Both the position numbers and the translations under genes were made by a program. From Synergistales bacterium (lineage in GTDB: Bacteria > Synergistota > Synergistia > Synergistales > JAFGMB01): 64,000 nt of DNA. The stretch spans positions 1,696,001-1,760,000 of the forward strand of contig OY762654.1 in the NCBI GenBank assembly GCA_963666205.1. Direction: 5' to 3'. The notes below the pieces were generated by a model that saw only the letters and a list, made by a program, of their open reading frames with translations, was not told the DNA's origin and did no database searches. Shown one piece after another: positions 58,740 to 64,000 of the stretch. Numbering within the stretch: position 1 is the stretch's first letter; every line of letters starts with the position of its first letter.

Positions 58740-58777
58740 GGCTATTCCTCCAAACCTGTGAGCTCCCTTCCAGGAGA

Positions 58778-59683
58778 TCAACTATCAGCTTCTATTCCTC
58801 TTCCGGTGGAATAACGGGTCTCCATTTCACGGATAGCCTGCAGACCAATGAGTTTGTTGAAATCCTCGAAGGCTATCATCTGATCTATCATTCTTTCTGT
58901 GGACCCCGTTTCCTTAAGAGTTTTCATTACCTCTGTAACTGCCTTTGCTATTACGTAGGTGGCTGTTACAGGGAATATGGCCAGGTCGTAACCGAGCTCT
59001 TCCAGCCTCGAAACGTTAAGGAATGGAGTCCGTCCATGTTCAACCATATTGGCAATTACAGGAACATTGAAGCTGGCAGTAATAAGTTTCATTTCCTCTT
59101 CGGACTCGGGAGATTCGATAAAGATGATATCTGCGCCGGCCTCTTCGTAGGCTTTACCTCTTTTCAGGGCCTCATCGATGCCGAAGTTTGTCCTCGCATC
59201 AGTTCTTGCCATGATCAGAAGGTCTTCATCCCGCCTGGCATCACAGGCTGCCTTGATCTTTCCGGTCATTTCTTCCAGGGATATGACTTCTCTACCAAGC
59301 ATGTGGCCGCATTTTTTGGGTGCGACCTGGTCTTCAAGCTGGAGGCATGCAACGCCCGCTTTCTCATATTCCCTTACTGTCCGGGTTACGTTAACTGCAT
59401 TGCCATAACCTGTGTCGGCGTCTGCAATGACCGGGATATCTACTGCATCTGCAAGCCTTGAAGCCCTGGCGGCCATCTCCGTAAGAGTAAGAAGCCCCAC
59501 ATCAGGTTTGCCCAGCATGCTGGCAGAAGTTCCGTAACCGGTCATATAGAGAGCATTGAATCCCTCTTTTTCTATTATCCTGGCGGTGAGACCATCATGT
59601 ACTCCCGGAGCTACCAGTATCTCTTTTCGGGCAAGAAGTTCCCTCAACCTGGTCCTGGTGCTTTCTTTTTTCAAAATCTGCAT
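58778..59683 (-). CDS. Isocitrate lyase / PEP mutase family lyase (PrpB / dimethylmalate lyase-like)
   Basis: DADTGYG, EDQVAPKKCGH, ARTDA, NMVEHGRTP. Confidence 0.9.
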   Translation of the reverse strand: MQILKKESTRTRLRELLARKEILVAPGVHDGLTARIIEKEGFNALYMTGYGTSASMLGKPDVGLLTLTEMAARASRLADAVDIPVIADADTGYGNAVNVTRTVREYEKAGVACLQLEDQVAPKKCGHMLGREVISLEEMTGKIKAACDARRDEDLLIMARTDARTNFGIDEALKRGKAYEEAGADIIFIESPESEEEMKLITASFNVPVIANMVEHGRTPFLNVSRLEELGYDLAIFPVTATYVIAKAVTEVMKTLKETGSTERMIDQMIAFEDFNKLIGLQAIREMETRYSTGRGIEADS

Positions 59684-59713
59684 CTCCTTTTTACTTCAGT
59701 TACCATTGTGTTA

Positions 59714-60994
59714 CTAATGCATTACCGATGGCAACCAGAGACTGATCTGAGGGAAGGCTATTGCCAGTATCAGCATGAAGACCATAAGTATGATAAAGGG
59801 CCATACTCCCTGGATGATGTCGGACATGTGAATATCCTTCCGGAGGCCGTTAATAACGTAAAGATTCATCCCGACAGGAGGTGTTATCAGGGCCATGGTC
59901 ATGTTTATGGTGAGGATAATGGCGTACCATATCGGGTCAATATGCAGGGCGAAGAGAATAGGTGTGACCAGGGGCATTGTAAGTAGAATTATGGATACGG
60001 TTTCCAGTATCATTCCCAGTATTACCATAAGCAGGTTCATGGCAAGGATGAACATCAGGGGCGAAAGGTTATTTTCGATGATCAGCTGGGTCAGCTTCTG
60101 TGGGATCATAAGCATGGTCATGACTTTTCCGAAGAGTATAGCCGCTGCGATAATGACAGCTATCATACAGGATGTACCCACTGATTTCAGGCAGACCTGG
60201 GGAAGTTCAGTTATCTTTATGGTCCTGTAAACAACAACGGTAATAAAAAGGCTGTACACCAGTCCGACCGCTGCTGCTTCGGTGGGAGTGAAAATGCCGC
60301 TGTAGATACCGCCGATGATAAGTACCGGAAGGAAAATACCCCAGATATTCTTCCGGGTTATCTTCAATCTTTCTGACCAGCTGGTTCTCTCCATGGGAGT
60401 AAAGCCGCCCCTGCGGCTCTTCATTACAGCGTAGACAATGAATATGGCGGTAAGAATAAGTCCGGGAACCACTCCTGCGATGAAAAGTTTTCCTACGGAT
60501 TCTTCCGTTATAGCTCCGTAAAGGATCATGGGAATGCTGGGCGGGATCAGGATACCCAGAGTGCCTCCGGCAGCAAGGAGTCCGAGGGTGAATTTCTTGT
60601 CATATCCCCTCTCGATCATTGCAGGGTAGGCTACCATCCCTATGGTTGCAGCAGTAGCTGCCCCGGAACCTGTTATAGCAGCAAAGAAGGCGCATGCAAG
60701 GATGGTTGCAATGGCAAGTCCGCCAGGAAGATGCCTGACCCAGGCATTCATTACTTCGAAAAGGTCGTCTCCAACCCGGCCGTCCAGGAGGATCTGGCTC
60801 ATGAGAATGAACAGGGGAATGGCCAGAAGGGTAAAGCTTTCCATGCCTGAGAACATGGTTGATCCGACTATCTTTGTCGGAAGATCATAAAGAAGGATCA
60901 GAACGACAGATGTTGATCCAAGGGAGAAGGCCACGGGGAGTCCCATAAAGAGAATGATCAGAAGAAGTCCGATAACCATAAGGAAACTCAGCAT
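59714..60994 (-). CDS. dctM: TRAP transporter large permease
   Basis: LLAIPLFI, GTLGILIPPSI, TPTEAAA, ITPPVG.NL. Confidence 0.94.
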   Translation of the reverse strand: MLSFLMVIGLLLIILFMGLPVAFSLGSTSVVLILLYDLPTKIVGSTMFSGMESFTLLAIPLFILMSQILLDGRVGDDLFEVMNAWVRHLPGGLAIATILACAFFAAITGSGAATAATIGMVAYPAMIERGYDKKFTLGLLAAGGTLGILIPPSIPMILYGAITEESVGKLFIAGVVPGLILTAIFIVYAVMKSRRGGFTPMERTSWSERLKITRKNIWGIFLPVLIIGGIYSGIFTPTEAAAVGLVYSLFITVVVYRTIKITELPQVCLKSVGTSCMIAVIIAAAILFGKVMTMLMIPQKLTQLIIENNLSPLMFILAMNLLMVILGMILETVSIILLTMPLVTPILFALHIDPIWYAIILTINMTMALITPPVGMNLYVINGLRKDIHMSDIIQGVWPFIILMVFMLILAIAFPQISLWLPSVMH

Positions 60995-61509
60995 GGCTGT
61001 TCACCTTCCTTTTTTTCATGTCCGCCAAGGGTTGAAAGTTTTGTGCCTATGATAACGATGAACTGCAGGGTCAGAAGAGCAAATCCCACAAGAAGGGCAA
61101 GCTGGGGGATCCACAGGGGTACCCTGAGCGGAGTTGCAGACAGTTTGTGATACTTGAGTGTTGCTTCCAGCATATTCCAGGCCTGTAATGTTACGAAGGC
61201 TGAAAAGAGCATTCCCAGTATACTTGTAAAGAATTCAAGGAAACTCTGGGTCTTCTTTGAAAAACGGATGATCAGGAGGTCTATCCTGACATGTTTACCC
61301 ACCTGCAGGGTGTAGGCTGCGCCTGCAAGCATGGTCCAGATAAAGAGGTAAATGGATATTTCCTGGGCCCATATTGTGGGTGAGTTGAAGAAGTACCTCA
61401 CTATGACTTCATAAAAAAGGATGATCCCCATGGCCAGAATACCAAGGCCGCTGCAGTATCCAAGAAGAAGATTCACCCTTTCTACAAAACTTTTTAAAGA
61501 CGAGAGCAT
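60988..61509 (-). CDS. dctQ: TRAP transporter small permease
   Basis: EVIVRYFFNSPTIWAQE, HVRID; four TM segments. Confidence 0.92.
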   Translation of the reverse strand: MLSSLKSFVERVNLLLGYCSGLGILAMGIILFYEVIVRYFFNSPTIWAQEISIYLFIWTMLAGAAYTLQVGKHVRIDLLIIRFSKKTQSFLEFFTSILGMLFSAFVTLQAWNMLEATLKYHKLSATPLRVPLWIPQLALLVGFALLTLQFIVIIGTKLSTLGGHEKKEGEQPC

Positions 61510-61543
61510 GTCAATTCCCCATTTCAGGTTTTTCTTTAATTTA

Positions 61544-61578
61544 AGGGAAGGAGGAGGGTTTAAACCCTCCTCCTTCCC
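61544..61578. terminator. Strong hairpin between dctP and dctQ (mRNA stabiliser or partial terminator)
   Basis: GGGAAGGAGGAGGGT-TTAA-ACCCTCCTCCTTCCC. Confidence 0.7.
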
Positions 61579-61624
61579 CAGGTGATAGAAATATACTTAC
61601 TCTGAAAAAGTGTTTTTGTTCAGA

Positions 61625-62620
61625 TCAGTCAAGAGTTGATGCTATTTCCATCAGCTTTTTGCCTATTTCGCCCGTATTCTGGGTAAAGGCAGCTCTTACA
61701 GGCTCGGTAGCCTTTACGAAAACAGCCAGCTCTTCATCGCTGAGTGTGTAGATCTCGACACCGTAATCCTTGATAACGTTATAGGCCTTTTCTTCAGCCG
61801 CTTCAATGGAGCCGCGTATGAATTTGGATGCATCTTCACCGGCCCTGAGGAGAACGTCTCTCTCGTTGTCATTGAGGGAATCCCACCACTCAAGGTTTGA
61901 CTGGACGAAGAACTGGGCGGTTGTATAGTTGGCGATAGTCATATATTTCTGGACTTCAAAGATCTTTCTGGACACTGCTGCGGGCATACCGGTGGTAGCA
62001 CCGTCAACGGTGCCTCTCTGAAGAGCCATGTACATTTCGGAAGAGCTCATTACTGCAGGTGTACCACCAAGGGCAGTTACAGTATCTGCTGAACCCTTGC
62101 TGAAGGTCCTTATCTTGAGGCCTTCAAAGTCAGAAGGTTTGGTGAGAGGACGTTTGTTGTTATAGAATTGAACAAGTCCATAGTCAACCCAGAAAACGAT
62201 CTTTGCGCCCTTGCTCATGAATTCCTTGTCCAGAATCTCTCCAGCACCGGCCTTCACGAACTTTTCAGGAGAATTGAGATCTTTGAGGATGAAGGGCATC
62301 TCGAAGACGTCAGCTGCAGGAACCATTCCAGACCATTTATTGACGGGTACCAGGGCCATTTCGACGAGACCTTCCTGAATGGCTTCAACTATCTCGGTAT
62401 CCTTGAAAAGCTGGGCTGAGTGGAAAACCTCGACTTTCATCTCGCCCTTGGAATATTCGGCCACTTTCTCGGCGAAAACATCCATTCCCTTGGAGATGAA
62501 GTGGGATGGGGGGAGCTGATTAGAAAGCTTCCATGAGGTCACTGCCATTGCCGGCAAAGAGCAGAAGGCTACGATCATTGCAACTACAGTTGCCATTAAA
62601 ACAAATCTTCCAAGTTTCAT
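61625..62620 (-). CDS. dctP: TRAP substrate-binding protein
   Basis: Signal peptide, DFEGLKIR, EMYMALQRGTVDG, EVQKY. Confidence 0.93.
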   Translation of the reverse strand: MKLGRFVLMATVVAMIVAFCSLPAMAVTSWKLSNQLPPSHFISKGMDVFAEKVAEYSKGEMKVEVFHSAQLFKDTEIVEAIQEGLVEMALVPVNKWSGMVPAADVFEMPFILKDLNSPEKFVKAGAGEILDKEFMSKGAKIVFWVDYGLVQFYNNKRPLTKPSDFEGLKIRTFSKGSADTVTALGGTPAVMSSSEMYMALQRGTVDGATTGMPAAVSRKIFEVQKYMTIANYTTAQFFVQSNLEWWDSLNDNERDVLLRAGEDASKFIRGSIEAAEEKAYNVIKDYGVEIYTLSDEELAVFVKATEPVRAAFTQNTGEIGKKLMEIASTLD

Positions 62621-62747
62621 TCTTTTTACACCTCCATGAATTTTGTTCTTTCTTGAAAAATGTTGCCTTTATACTTTTAAAACCCTGATGGTTTCTTTTT
62701 AAGGAAACACCTCCATTCGTCAAAAAATGCCCCGTTATTTATTATTG

Positions 62748-62760
62748 GTCGACAGTCGAC
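62748..62760. promoter_or_regulatory. Candidate GntR operator GTCGACAGTCGAC upstream of dctP
   Basis: Identical 13-mer palindrome also at 63502-63514. Confidence 0.65.
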
Positions 62761-62783
62761 TCTGTTTATGTTTATAAAAAGAA

Positions 62784-63464
62784 TCAACCCCCGGTTTTAA
62801 TATTTTCAAGCCTTCTTGCGAACAGACTCCAGGATCTGCTTTGTTTGAGCTTTTCGATCTCGCCCTTTTTCAGGAATTCCAGGATCTTGTAATGATTGCG
62901 GGCTGTTTCTTCCAGATTTTTTTCATGACTCAGATCGTCAAGCATTCCAAGTTCAAGCTGATGGTAAAGATCGGTAAGGATCTTTCTGGTTCGTGGTCTT
63001 TCCGCTTTCATCCATGTATGGTGATGGAATTCTATGTCTTTTCTGAAGAAAGCCAGAACCTTTTCATCCGGTAGCATTTCAGATCGTGCAATTTCCACCA
63101 TCTGGTCTATCAGGCAGGAAAGGTGGCTGTAATCAGTTTCCTTAAGGAGACTATTTTTAACCAGAGTCTCGTAAATGTTTCCCTCAAGGAGATAACGCAG
63201 GTCGTAAATTTCTTCTATAGCTTCCTCTGAAAGATCGCACACGAAGGTTCCCCTCCGGGGAACTGAGGTTACCAGCCCCTGGCTCTCAAGGCGGCGCAGC
63301 GCCTCCCTCACGGGAGCGCGGCTGATATTGAGCTTTTCTGCGATCTCTGATTCAACAAGCTTATCTCCCTTCCTGTAGGTTTTAGAGACAAGTATCTGAT
63401 TTCTCAGATAGCTTATTACCTTGGAAGTTATCGTTTCATTCAGTCCGAGTTCGTTATAGCCCAT
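62784..63464 (-). CDS. GntR/FadR (FCD) family regulator
   Basis: LVESEIAEKLNISRAPVREALRRLE..GLV...RRG; DIEFH. Confidence 0.93.
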   Translation of the reverse strand: MGYNELGLNETITSKVISYLRNQILVSKTYRKGDKLVESEIAEKLNISRAPVREALRRLESQGLVTSVPRRGTFVCDLSEEAIEEIYDLRYLLEGNIYETLVKNSLLKETDYSHLSCLIDQMVEIARSEMLPDEKVLAFFRKDIEFHHHTWMKAERPRTRKILTDLYHQLELGMLDDLSHEKNLEETARNHYKILEFLKKGEIEKLKQSRSWSLFARRLENIKTGG

Positions 63465-63501
63465 GCGTACTCTGCTCCTTGTTGAAAAAGAAGTGATTAT
63501 A

Positions 63502-63514
63502 GTCGACAGTCGAC
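63502..63514. promoter_or_regulatory. Candidate GntR operator upstream of gntR
   Basis: GTCGACAGTCGAC about 40 nt upstream of the ATG. Confidence 0.65.
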
Positions 63515-63675
63515 GACAATGGGATAATTCTATAATAACAGAGGGGTATTTACAATGTGGATAATAAATGGAGTATACAGTATCCCAAGTGCAAAATAGG
63601 GATTATGCTCAAAGACTAATTAAAGAAATGGGGTACTGTTTTTTTCTCGAAAGAGGAATTATCTGTCTGTTTTTA

Positions 63676-63999
63676 CTACTCCAGCCACTTGGTGATATTT
63701 TCAAGGTATTTCCTGTGCAGTTTACTGGTGATGGGTCCGGGTTTACCCTGACCTATTGTAATATCACCTATTCTTGTGACAGGAAGGATTTCCTTGATGG
63801 AGCCGGTTATAAAGGCTTCTCTGGCCTGAGGGAGTTCTTTCACCAGGGGGCATCGTTCTTCAATATTGATATTTAATTCTGACGCTATGGATATTACAAG
63901 TTCCCTTGTAGTGCCTGCAAGGACTCTGTTCAGGGGTGCGGTTATGAGACTGTCATTTATGATCAGGAAAAAATTGCTGTGGGAAGATTCAGTTATCTC
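63676..63999 (-). CDS. Aminotransferase class IV (IlvE/Dat-like), 3' part only, truncated by the window edge
   Basis: Manual translation: [11 protein letters not shown]...VLAGTTR...[16 protein letters not shown]...GKPGPIT. Confidence 0.88.
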   Translation of the reverse strand, partial: EITESSHSNFFLIINDSLITAPLNRVLAGTTRELVISIASELNINIEERCPLVKELPQAREAFITGSIKEILPVTRIGDITIGQGKPGPITSKLHRKYLENITKWLE

Positions 64000-64000
64000 T

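Noticed and set aside
63556-63564. Single perfect DnaA box TGTGGATAA
   Set aside because: Isolated; insufficient for an origin call.
63568-63876. 102-aa plus-strand ORF
   Set aside because: Antisense to the clear class IV aminotransferase C-terminus on the minus strand.

Overview
Chromosomal segment of a flagellated bacterium, most likely phylum Synergistota, inferred from five proteins ending in a Synergist-CTERM-type sorting signal. It is probably origin-proximal: a DnaA-box cluster at about 42.9 kb, rsmG-parA-parB and two parS sites. Left to right: flgD-flgE-flgL-flhB behind a sigma28-type promoter; a GGDEF diguanylate cyclase; an LpxH-like phosphoesterase; ppk2; a 12-kb tandem array of five secreted CTERM-anchored surface proteins; a ppk1-CHAD-phosphoesterase/HD-ppx polyphosphate operon; glycolipid genes; Lrp-LysE; tRNA-fMet and a small accessory patch; AsmA; the partition locus; a photolyase; a peptidase operon; and a GntR-TRAP-lyase operon. 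The main discovery is the CTERM array. It is built from repeated cassettes (promoter + GEMM-I cyclic-dinucleotide riboswitch + variable passenger + constant anchor tail + conserved terminator repeat). Three riboswitches carry the canonical c-di-GMP G20, while the first carries A20, the known 3',3'-cGAMP signature. Also found, and missing from the ORF track: a leader-peptide attenuator upstream of the peptidase operon, a candidate GntR operator, a GNAT pseudogene, a phosphoesterase remnant and a partial class IV aminotransferase. All calls come from motif recognition by eye; no database searches were run.
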